The notes beneath the pieces were generated by a model. It did no database searches, was not told the origin of the DNA, and saw only the letters and a list, made by a program, of their open reading frames with translations. A stretch of 64,000 bases of DNA from Psilocybe cubensis (lineage: Eukaryota): positions 1,426,001 through 1,490,000 of the forward strand of contig CM039005.1 in NCBI GenBank assembly GCA_017499595.2, written 5' to 3'. Of the stretch, positions 52,807 through 64,000 are shown one piece after another (the stretch's first letter is position 1; each line of letters opens with the position of its first letter). The position numbers and the translations under genes are program-made.

Positions 52807-53908
52807 CTAGCAGGCATCCTCGCAGCTACTCCAATCGATAACAGAATCCATAAACTCGTCGAGCTCATTCTCATCGACAGATTGATCTTCACGCGCTTCG
52901 TTATTGACCAACAGCACAGGTCGATCTACACGTTGCCGCCAGCGCTGGACAGGAAGTTTCGGAGCTGCGCTGTGTTCAAGAACCACTCGAGCACCAGAAG
53001 CGAATTTCTTGAAACTTTCATTGCAAAAGGGATGGAAGAGCGATAGGAGCAGGTCGTCGGGGTTCTTCAAATAGAGGACTATAGCGTCCTGTAGGACCAC
53101 CTCCGCGAGGTACGATGAGATGGCTAGGCATCGGAACATTGCAATTTTTTCATGTCGTGACACCGTGTCCACGGACAGCATCCCGCGTACGTAGTCGTAC
53201 CACGGGAACATCCACTGCGTCATTTCGCGTATATGGTTTTTGTAAACATTATTGCGTTTGCAGTAACGGCCAAGATTGATTCGGTTATAATTGTACTGAT
53301 ACAGGAGTTTACACTCGGCTTCTTCTTCTACGGATAGTGGGGTGTATTTGTTAGCAGTTAGGGCACTGTACCACTTGAGGTAGAACGATGAAGATCCTGA
53401 TTCTGACACCGTCATTGTCGAGCGGAGGTCCACCTGGGAAACACCAATGGTAGGGTCGAACAGCGAGTCTTGGAGGAATCGGGGTCCTGTGAGGTTAGGA
53501 TGCGGATTGTTCATAATACCAAAAGATATGAAGAATGCCCAGCCTAGTGCGCCTACAGGGCACATTTCTGCTAGGGCATGGCGGGGAATATGTACCCCTC
53601 GAATCCTGAGCCGCTAGATTAAATATTCTCAGCGAGTATATTCGCGAAATATGCGTAGGGCTACTCACTTGGTGGTGGCACTTGTCGTCCAGCCCTAGAC
53701 TGAGATCAGACCACTTGAGATTGTATACTTGACCGAACATGTGCGCTTCGAGATCGAAGTTGCTTAGGAAGGTCAGCATCATTTTGAAATACTGTTGTAT
53801 AGTCCACTCATTGATTGGGTCCCATAAGAGTTTGATGGCTTTTAGGATACGTAGAGTCTTTTGGGGGGCTGGGTTGGGTTTATATGCCGACAAGTTTGAA
53901 TTGAACAT
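52807..53908 (-). mobile_element. Crypton/NDC10-domain-II-like (tyrosine-recombinase-derived) gene, degenerate
   Basis: Two ORFs join in frame through intron 53614-53668. The motifs LKWSDL, PRHALAEMCPVGALGWAFF, WMFPWYD and YLAEVVLQDAIVL..P....FCNESFKKFA occur in the order I recall for fungal Crypton/NDC10-II proteins. Confidence 0.6.
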
Positions 53909-55117
53909 GTCTGGAATCCTGGTTTGTCGCGTCAGGACCTGAGATGAACGCGATAAAAGGCGATATACAGTACCTTAGCAAAAGAGGCGATGTGATGGTT
54001 GTAGAAGAAGAAATGGCCAAAGGTGTGCAGTAGTGGCCGAATTTTTATACGTTGAAGCAAGGCGGGCCACCATGATACGTAAAGGCCATGTCGAGGACAT
54101 TGATGGGCAGCGAAAACATTAGGATAACTTATAGTCGCATGTAGCGTTCCCCAACAGCACATTTGTGAATTTTCGACATAACGGGGAAATATGTACATTG
54201 CGATTGAGGAGAGTAAAGAATCAAACAGCAATGTGGCGTGACTGATCCAAACACGCATCAGGTGTGACAGTACGGCAAACACCGAACGATCTGATTGCAA
54301 TTTGTGTGCACGGACCTCTGAAGATTCGGGAGATCATGGAGATGAACGAGAGCGATAACACGAGAAATGCTGATAATGATGCTCGGCAAGGTATTTGACA
54401 TGGACGTCGGCGATTTTCGCTCGTGAATTGCTCCTGCATGCATTGCACAGCTCTCAGTATCTATCTATTTGCAAGCACTGCAGTTCTGGACTCGGTAGTT
54501 TTGGAGGTATCAATTGACATCAGTCGTTAATTTTACTGACGATAACTCGATTCCCAGAGCTGTGAAAAAGAACAATATCCCAGCCTTGCATTTTGGCGAA
54601 TCAAGAGTGATGGTTCTAAACTGTTATAGACATGACATGCCGTGCTAGCAGCTGTCTGTGGCGGCTTCTTGCGAGTTTTATGCACATAGAAGGAGAAGTA
54701 TTTGAATATATTTGGCGAGATGGTTTGCGGATGCGATGGTGAGCCGAGAGTCAAGAATAACATATCGCGTTCTGGAGAAGACGATAATAATCACAAGTTG
54801 GTCAAACGGGGCGGAATCGAGCCACGAGGAAGGTCCAGGAACCACTCTTTGATGATGGCTGTTCGAGGCCTACCGTTCAGCATATCGAATGCCCACTCGG
54901 CGTTGATTCAACCTGCAGGCTGTGGTGAGTGACGTCGGTGAGGCGGGGCACGGGATTTGAAACGAAAAAGGAGAAGGAATGACGATGAATGTGAGACCCA
55001 CGGCTTATCCCCATTAGGCGTAAATCAGGGTCTGAACCTGAATGCAAGACGTCAATAAGAGACGAATAACTCGATGCCTGCTTCTCTGTCGCTGCTCCTC
55101 TTTCTTTCACCACCACC

Positions 55118-58100
55118 ATGTATGTTTTCTTTTCCTTTCTCCCCTCAAAATCTTTGCTGACCCCCGCAGGTCTGACGTTAGCCAGACACAGGCCCAGTCC
55201 GCGTCCACCGCGACGTTCGTGACTGCCCTTGTATTCAACGCCGCTGTCTTTGCCGCAGAGTTGGGGGTCTTCACCCTCATACGTCCATACTTCAAGTCTA
55301 TCTATGAACCAAGAACATACGTGCCCCCATCGGGGTATGTCTCCTTTCATTCTCTATACCGCGCTGTAGCTGAGTCTTGGTCGCGCACAGCAAGCGGATC
55401 GGCCCTCTGTCCCGCAACAGATTCCTGTGGCCACTCGCTGTTTTCCGTGCAGACTATCGCGCTATCATTTCTGCCAACGGGCTAGATGCATACTTCTTCG
55501 TGCGCTTTCTGCGCGTCATGGCTATCACATTCCTTCCCATCTGGTTGCTTTCCTGGGTCGTCCTTCTTCCTCTCACGTCCGTGAATACTTCTGTGCCTGG
55601 TTTCACCGGCCTGAACAGGTTCATCTACGGAAATGTGGCTCCCGACAAGTCGGCACGCTACGCTGGGCATTTGATTTTGGCCTGGATTTTCACTTGTGCG
55701 TAATTTCATTTCTCTCATCCTCGGGAAATATTCATTAAATAAGTAGTCTGGATTCTGTATATCATCAAACGCGAGATGCAGCATTTCATTGTTACTCGTC
55801 AACAACACCTGATCGAGCGTACACACGTCAAATCCGTTCAAGCTAGAACCATCCTCATTACGGGGATACCAAAACGCTACCTCAACCAAGACGCTCTCTA
55901 CAAACTATTCAATTCCCTTCCCGGTGGAGTCCAAAAAATATGGATTAACAGGTAATCCACCCGTATTTTATCGAAGAAAGACAATTCACAGTCTCTTTAG
56001 AAATCTAAAAGATCTCCCCGACATCTACGATCGACGCACTGCTGCAACAAACAAACTCGAAGCCGCAGAAACTGCCCTCCTCCGCACTGCAGCCAAGCTC
56101 CGTCTCAAAGCAGAGAAGAAGGCCAAGAAAGGATCAAAAGCCAACGCGGACGTCGAAGCTTCAGTTGCAACTGCCGAGCAGGAAGTCCCCGAATCGGAGC
56201 GTCCTACTCACAGATTGGGTATGATCCCTTTCTTTGGTGAGAAGGTAGACACCATCAACTGGGCGCGTAAGGAGATCGCGGAGTGCACCAGACTGCTGGA
56301 TGAGGGACGTGCGAAGATTAATGAGAGTGAAGAGCGAGGGAGGTCGTCTCCTAGTATCGGTGAGGCTGATGGTGATGTACAATTGGAGGGTGCGGCACTC
56401 GATGCGGATGGGAACCCAAGGTTGCAGAGCGAGTCGCGTCATGGAAATTTGTTGAACCCTGTCAACGTTGGTAGACAGGCTGTAGGTGCTGTTGGGGATG
56501 TGGCGAAGGGGACGGTCAGTGGAGTGACGAAGGGCGCGGGAGCTATCAAGGGACGCGTTGTCGGAGACAAGATTCCGGAGGGAGAGTACCCCCCACTCAA
56601 CAGTGCATTTGTCACGTTCAATAAACAGGTCTCGGCGCATCTGGCTGTCCAAGTGTTGGCTCACCACGAACCATACCGCATGAGTGAGTCCATTATTAGT
56701 TTCTATATGCGCGTTCGAGACGATTAATCACTCACCGTTCATAGGCAATCGATATATTGAAGTCGCTCCCGCTGATGTCATTTGGGGTAACCTTAATTTG
56801 AATCCATACGAGCAAAAGGTGTGTTTAGAGCCGCATATACGCCCGTCTCTTTGATTCTAGCGCGTGTTCATTCCCTCCTAATCGCGTGTGTATTCCTTTC
56901 TTATAGATCCGTATTGCTATTAGCTACGCGGCAACCGCGGGTCTGATCATCTTCTGGGCTATCCCAGGTACGCTTTCTTTCACCACTGATGATGATGTCT
57001 ATCTCTGATTCTCTCTGTTCTACCCTACAGTGGCGTTTGTCGGTATCGTTTCGAACATTTATACCGTTTGCTCCACGGCCAAGTTCTTATCCTGGATTTG
57101 CGATCTGCCAAAAGTGGTAGTTGGAATCATCTCCGTGCGTACAACCCCATCAGAATGTCAAGGGAATTAGAAATTCTAACATGTTCTTGATCTCTAAAAT
57201 AGGGTATTCTACCTCCCGTACTGTTGGCGATCCTTATGATGCTTCTCCCCATCGTTCTACGATTGTTGGCGCGCTTTGAGGGAATCCCGAAGTATACCGG
57301 TCTAGAGCTGTCGTTGATGACCAGATTCTTCATTTTCCAAGTTATCGTGAGTTTATTCCCCGTTTTTATTTACGTTTACCTTGATGGAATTAGGATGCTG
57401 ATACTACCGTGTTCTAGCACTCTTTCCTGATCGTTACGGTTGCGTCTGGAATTATGGCTTCATTGAAGCAGCTCATCAATAACCCAACATCTGTACCGTC
57501 TATCTTAGCACAGAATCTGCCACAGGCATCCACTTTCTTCCTAACGTTCGTATCTTTTGTCTATTCGCACAGCTACCTTGAGCTGATTTATAACATCTTT
57601 ATTCTACAGCTACATTGTGTTACAAGGTCTTTCTGGTGTTGCTGGAGGATTCCTCCAAATCGTTCCTTTAATCATCTACTATGTCAAACTATTCATCTTG
57701 GGATCGACTCCTCGGTCTGTTTGGGGTATCAAGTATAACCTTAGAAATCTGGATTGGGGTACAGCATTCCCTGAAATGACTCTTTTGGTTGTGATTGGTA
57801 CGTTCACCTTCCCCATCTACGTGTTTCCCAATAAACTAACCATCCGCTTTGTCCCATCCCTCCTCTTTCCAACTTGAAGCTCTGGCCTACTCCGTCATCG
57901 CCCCTATCATCAACGGGTTCGCGTGTGCGACCTTTTTCATGTTCTATCAACTCTACAAATACTTGTTCTTGTATGCGTATCAGCAGCCTACGACTACAGA
58001 CACGGGAGGATTGTTCTATCCTAAAGCGCTACAGCATATCTTTGTTGGACTTTATGTCGAACAGATCTGTCTCTGTGCATTGTTCTTCCTTGCGCAGAAT

Positions 58101-58672
58101 GAAAATCGCCATCCGAGTGCGATTCCAGAGGGCGCGTTGATGGTTGTCCTCATTGTTATCACCGTATGTTTTTTTGGCATTGAATTGCCGTGGCAGTGTT
58201 AACTGACGACGATGGGGTATGATAGGCCGGGTTCCATATCATCATCAATAACTCCTACGGTCCTCTCCTTTCCGCTCTGCCTCTGAGTTTGCAAGACCGC
58301 ACACTCACCGCCACCGTCATCGAGGCTCAGCCCAGCGGCACAGCCGGCCCATCCTCCGACGCGTCCGCTGTCAACGTCGAAAGCCGACAAAGCACAGACA
58401 AGAAAGATTCGTCTGAAGAACGGCTGACGAAAGATAGAGAAGCGGCGGATACGGCTGCTGCGGAGGAAGAGGAGGAGTCGTATGGGTTCGCGCAGCCTGC
58501 TGCGTCGAGGCCGCAGAGGACGGTGTGGATACCTAGAGATGCGTTGGGGTTGTGGAGGGAGGAGGAGAGGGGGTGTGAGCAGGCGGGAGTTAGGGTTTCG
58601 GAAAGGCATGCGGTTATGGATGAGAAGGGCAAAGTGGATGTGGATGGGGGTCCGCCGGATTTGCTGCAGTGA
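55118..58672 (+). CDS. OSCA/TMEM63 (Csc1/Rsn1, DUF221) calcium-permeable channel
   Basis: FVTALVFN, IYEPRTY, NGLDAYFFVRFLR, SAFVTFN, APADVIWGNL, LAQNLPQASTFF, YSVIAPIING, DTGGLFYPKALQHIFVGLYVEQICLCALFFLA. Confidence 0.95.
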
Positions 58673-60006
58673 ATTTGAGGCTGCGGCTGCTGCATAGCAT
58701 CTGAGGGATCTTGGTCTCCATGAAAAATGTTTTTACTATCTTTTTTTTTGACGATCTTTTTTTGATGTGGCTCTGACGTTTCTCCATTATACCCCCCACC
58801 CCTGTTGACGACTTTACGATTTCTTACTTGTCTTTTTTTTGCATGCGGCTTCTTGTTGTACACCCCTGACGCGACGTCTGTGGTGACTGGAGGACGGACG
58901 CTCTTTTTTTGGTTTTTACATTACTTGATTGTAGCTTGGTGCTTAAAATCTGATGACATGTACTATGTATATCTCTACTACTATCTACTTGTTCTCCTTT
59001 CTCATAAGTCCCAGGAGCGGGCCCGGTGTTCTATTTGTCCGACGCATCACGCATATCTCTCGAGATTCGCTTGTCTTATTCTTAAGTCTGGTGTACTGAC
59101 ACAGTTGTGCCTTGAGGCCTTGAGGCTTGAGCGGCATGCAAAGCCGTTGTGTCAAATGGAAATGTCAAGTGTCATGCCATGTCTTGTTATATTGGCCTTG
59201 GGCGATGGCCGACAGTGGGTGGGCGCCGCTGGATTTAAATATGTATGGTGTTAGCCTGTTTCTTTTGGTATAGTACTACCGAAGGCCGGAGGATTAACGA
59301 TTAATGTTGCATAATTACCCGTTTCTGTTTGAGTGAATATTACACTACTAGTAGTACAAAAGTATCCCGAACTTTGGATTTTCATAGTCATTCAGTCGAG
59401 ACAGTCCAGCAGCAGCCTTACTCCCAGTTGTCATCCACTGGCATATCTTTGTTACAATATCTCTGTGGCTCATGGCCTGACAGCTCCGCGGCGTATTAGT
59501 TACCTATTCTTGAGTTGGAACTGCTTAGCCTGAGGCTGCGATCGAAGCCTTAAACTCGAAGCTTGATGGCCTGAAATTTTCAATTTGAATGCCGGTCGTC
59601 ATTGTCAATGAAGGACTGTACTATGATCTCACTTGAAGACTCCGTCTCTCCGTGTCCTGGACGGCAATCGCCGTAACTGTCAGCGCCCTTTCAATGGTCT
59701 TGCGACCTTTTTTTAGCAGACATTCAGCCTTTTCATTTATCCGGTGCCTCCTTCCATGATGTATCTGTGCTTATATGCCGACCTTTACTTCCCGTTCTCG
59801 AGTGGAACCGCACTTGTGGGATGAGATTTGTCCAAGACAAGTTTAGTTGAATAACCGGGATCTACCTTTGGATTGATTGAGTCGCCTACTTACCGGTGAG
59901 TCTGTCACATATGCCCCCATTTAACGGAATATATAGAGTGTACTTTAATATATGACTGACATTAACCACCACTTCAGGTCAACGCGACACCACAGACGCA
60001 CCGCGT

Positions 60007-61908
60007 ATGGCCACCATGCCCGTTTCAACGATGTTTTCTTCCAGTACAGTTATCACTGGTGGAACTTTTACACAACATGTCTGCACTAGTCAGCAGCATC
60101 GAGCCAAAGGCAAGCTATCAATCTTTGACAGGGTTCAGTTTGTGCAGATAGCTACTTACCGTTGTTTTGTTCAGCCCCCATAGAACTGCTACAAGATGCA
60201 ACCTCGTCGAATGCGTTTCATAATGCAGGAGAAAGACGAGATCCCCCACGATGCCATCGCAATACACGGGTCGCAATACTGGAAAAAATCTTGCTCTGGA
60301 TTCGTAAATGCACCCCCTTGAATCAAGAACGGGTGGTTTTGTGGATATACGGGCCAGCTGGAGCTGGGAAGTCAGCCATAGCGCAGACTATCGCAGACTT
60401 TTGTTTCTATCATAAACTGCTACTCGCAGGCTTTTTCTTCGCGAGGTCGGACCCCACGAGGAACCACTCTCGATCACTCATTCCGACACTATCATACCAA
60501 ATAGCGGAACATTTCCCCGACGTGCGCGACTGCATTCTCAGAAACATAGAACTCGATCCTCTTATCTTCACGCGGTCTTTAGAAGCCCAACTCCACTCAC
60601 TCATACTCGAGCCACTGCGGCCTCTTGTTCAATCAGGATATTTTGCAACGGAGAACTCGAGGCGCGTAATTGTCATTGATGGCCTGGACGAGTGTATAAG
60701 ACGCGACGAGCAGGTACGGATACTGGATGCTCTCTCGTGCGCTTTACAAAACTTCAATCTACCTCTACTATTGCTTTTCTGCTGCCGACCAGAACATGAT
60801 ATTCAGGCTTCCTTTCGGTCTGGATATTTGCACAGGATCACTACTTCCTTGCCGTTAGATGACGACTACCAGGCATATGTTGACATTGAACGCTATTTGT
60901 GCGACCACTTTGCGAACCTCAGACGAACACATCCGTTTAGGGACCATATACCTTTAAATTGGCCCAGTAAAGAGGTCATTGGACAGCTGGTGGCCAAATC
61001 CTCAGGTCAATTCATCTATGCCGCTACAGTCGTGAAATTCGTGTCGTGCCGTCGTCACCGTCCTACCAGTCAACTTGATATTGTTCTTGGAATTCGTGCC
61101 GCCAACAGTGCACTGCCATTTGCAGAGCTCGATGCTCTATATATGCACATACTTTCCTCCCTCGATAACCCGAATCCTGCCCTTCAAATCCTTGCATTCC
61201 AGATTCTGTCAAAATCCAAGCAGGTGGAAATAATAGATCACGTCGGACACATGGAGAAGATACTTTGTATGAATACCGGCGACGCCGACGTAGCTCTTTG
61301 TGACCTTGGCTCAATCCTCAAATTGACTAATCATGGTACCGATACTGGGACACAAGATAGACGTCTGCATATTTTTCATGCATCTATTGAGGATTTTCTT
61401 CTTGACGAGGCTCGATCGGGAATATTTCACATCGATGCGCCTTCAAAGCATGCCGAGTTCGCGATTTTATACATGCAGCATTTCAGCAGTGAGTATTTAG
61501 TATTGATATTTTCTCCCGTCAAATCCACTCATCTAGCTCCTTCCAGGAACATCTGAAGTGCTTCAATTAGGAGGTCTCTTCTACATCAACTCTCACATAA
61601 AGGAATCGCTTCCGCTACCCTCCTTGCGAGCAGAGATTTTAAAGTTCACGGAGTCCGTTCTTGTACCCGATATTCCAAAGAACCGTCAGTATCATGCACT
61701 TTACATCAACAACGATCTCCTGGGGTTCCTGGAAACAATCTTGCAATCTGTAGGATCTATATCTCTTACATAGATTGGTTTTCACCACTGATCATTTTAC
61801 AAACAGAAATTTGAGGACGCCGCAGCACTGCACGAAAGCGTTCGTGTACAGCTGAATCTCTGCGATGAAGAGGCATCTTTTCTTGATACTTTGTTCGTTG
61901 GCCTTTAA
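60007..61908 (+). CDS. NACHT-domain NLR-like protein with a short N-terminal motif and no C-terminal repeats
   Basis: PPRCHRNTRVAIL, Walker A GPAGAGKS, FFFAR, Walker B VIVIDGLDEC, SSGQFIYAATVVKF, LDALY, HASIEDFL. Exon 1 (60007-60109) joins in frame through a GC-AG intron. Confidence 0.9.
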
Positions 61909-62811
61909 AATATTAATGATTTCAAACACAAGATGTACTACTTTCGTTTATATCTGAAATGCCTTTCCAAAATGCGGATTAGGATAAGTGGGTTAAGTCC
62001 AGTAACGACGATAGTCAGTCTTGATCAAGCATGATCGAGACCTTAGATTGGGGTTTGTTTCTAAATAACCAATCACACATGAGGCTGACCAAATCTGGAA
62101 AAAGGCTTGCCACTGTGTGCCATCAGTCATCCTTTCAACTTTCCAACCCGATTCCAACCCGCCTTTCTTTGAGGTTTCTCAGCACAATACATACCATCTA
62201 CACACACCATGCAAATTGGCTATTCCATGTTCCTCAAATCTTCGTCAATCTCAATCATCGAGGGACAAATATAGAGAGATAGGGAAGCATGGCTAAATCA
62301 ACCAATCGTGAGACGTTACCGGGTTGTCAGCCCACGCCCACTCAATTTGATCCAAACTCGTCAAAGCGGCAGCGAGCAAGATGCAATCTGGAACGAGATG
62401 ACATATGAAGGAGGTGAGTCAAGTTCATATTCAAACAGACAGTTTAAGTCTGACACTACTTAGTACCAATGCAACGCGAATAACAGTGCTGGCTGCAGTA
62501 TCATGCGTTTCGGGGACCATCTGTTAATAGATTACTACCTCTCGGCATCTTGTGGCTCTCAGCTTCTGCATCACATAGAACGGTCCAGAATTCAATCGTG
62601 CGGTTTTTCAAGTTGGATTCTCCACCAATCACGCTGTCGGCCCCTTATCGTCCGATGCCCTTTGTGAATCCTCGTGTGTGCTTCACCATGCAAGGCCACA
62701 TGACTACCTTGATCCATTCGATAGCACTAAGCGCCCACATCTCTTTGTTCTTCCCCGTCTCAATCTGCTATCCAACTGCAACCATATACACCTCACAGCA
62801 ATTCGAGTACA

Positions 62812-64000
62812 ATGGCCTCAAGGAATCGGAAGAAATGTGACTTCTTCGCTCGTGGAAACTGTCGAAAGGGAAATCAATGTAAATTCATTCATGACAACCC
62901 GGCACCAGCAACTCCTACGCCCACGACTTCACAAGCCACTGCCAGCCCTCGAGGTGCGACCAGCCCGAGATCTTCTCCATCTGCACCCCGTCAAGTCTGC
63001 AACATATTCTGGCAAAGTGGCGCATGCGATCGTGGTTTTGATTGTTCATTCAAGCACACCCGTAACCCACAAGCAACGCATACGGCATCGCGCTCAGCTA
63101 TCAACAGTGACGAAGACCCGCCTGATTTCTATTCCATCGACGGGCTCGTTCCAGATGGCCGTGAACGAACGCAACGAGGAAGCTACGACCCTGCGGAAGT
63201 CCACAATCATATCAAACCCTTTTTGAAGGATAATTACACTTTTGAAGGACCAAGAAACATTGAAAGTTTTGTTCGAATCATATCAAGCATCAATGATCAC
63301 AATAAAAGCTGGGTGCGTTGTACATGTGGTGCCTTAGAAATGCTGCGGCTGACTGAAATCGTTGACTTGTTCCAGAATACCGATAATGCTCAGGCAAGTT
63401 GAAACTAGTCTTTTACAACGCTTGCTTCATACCTATAATCGATCCAGGCTTTTCTTTCCCTTCTAGTCAAGGTGGCGCTATTAAATGTCTATCCTACCAT
63501 GTTATTAATATGTCTACAGGACAATGGTATTACCCGAATTGGAGAGATACTGCGCTTCAAGCCTGTCGATGACTGCACGAATGTTTTTAGAACCAGTCTT
63601 TCTTTCCAACGCGGTTATTTTCCTATTCTCGAGGTATATATTATCGGTTTTCTGCGATATGCAAATGAAACTCACATTGAACAGTATCTATCGTCAAGTC
63701 TTGTTCTGAAAAGTACATGGCACAAGAATATCAAGTGAATGACTCATTTTCACTGTGACGTGTGCTCAAATCTTAAATATATATAGCCATTTATATACAG
63801 TTGTCGAGGACAACTACGATGATTTACACGCTGTTGTCGATTCTTGCATGAATTCCATGATCAAGCGAAACTCGTGGAGGGATCCGGGCTCAGCTGCAAA
63901 CCTCGATGGCGCGAACGTATTCAAAACACTGACCACTGTCTTTCTTCAGTAAGTCGTTTTCATATACGTCAGTTATATAGTGTTGTTATCATTCCCCTCT
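62812..64000 (+). CDS. 5' part of a gene with two CCCH zinc fingers, probably a large ZNFX1/NFX1-type helicase-AAA protein; runs off the window
   Basis: CDFFARGNCRKGNQCKFIH and CNIFWQSGACDRGFDCSFKH, followed by SFQRGYFPI..YLSSSLVLKST..NI..LYT, which I recall as the N-terminus of agaricomycete ZNFX1-like proteins. The helicase domain is not in the window. Confidence 0.65.

Noticed and set aside
53932-54448. Short minus-strand ORFs upstream of the Crypton-like gene
   Set aside because: I could not splice them convincingly to the downstream gene or recognise motifs; left unassigned.

Overview
Intron-rich fungal DNA, most consistent with an agaricomycete (mushroom-forming basidiomycete): short GT-AG introns of about 50-90 nt, DUF6533-type genes, CYP63-type P450s and a NACHT gene. 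I reconstructed about 22 protein-coding loci by hand: two tandem MAPEG-like genes, a hypothetical gene, a divergent SEC23, four DUF6533-type membrane genes, two paralogous P450s, an intronless FMO, a coiled-coil gene followed by a PHD/chromodomain gene (possibly one gene), TLG1/syntaxin-6, two secreted His-rich paralogs, an intronless ankyrin gene, a single-pass membrane gene, an HsbA-like gene, a histidine phosphatase, a Crypton/NDC10-II-like gene, an OSCA/TMEM63 channel, a NACHT NLR and the start of a CCCH/ZNFX1-like gene. The strongest signal is an 804-nt stretch (27760-28563) with no AG dinucleotide. It lies just after a GTATGT donor and begins with a TGCTAAC branch point, and the first AG after it would join the coiled-coil and PHD/chromodomain ORFs in frame. 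The second is a pair of consecutive 2-nt microexons conserved in three DUF6533 paralogs. I found no tRNA, rRNA or CRISPR array. All family assignments come from motif recognition, not database searches.
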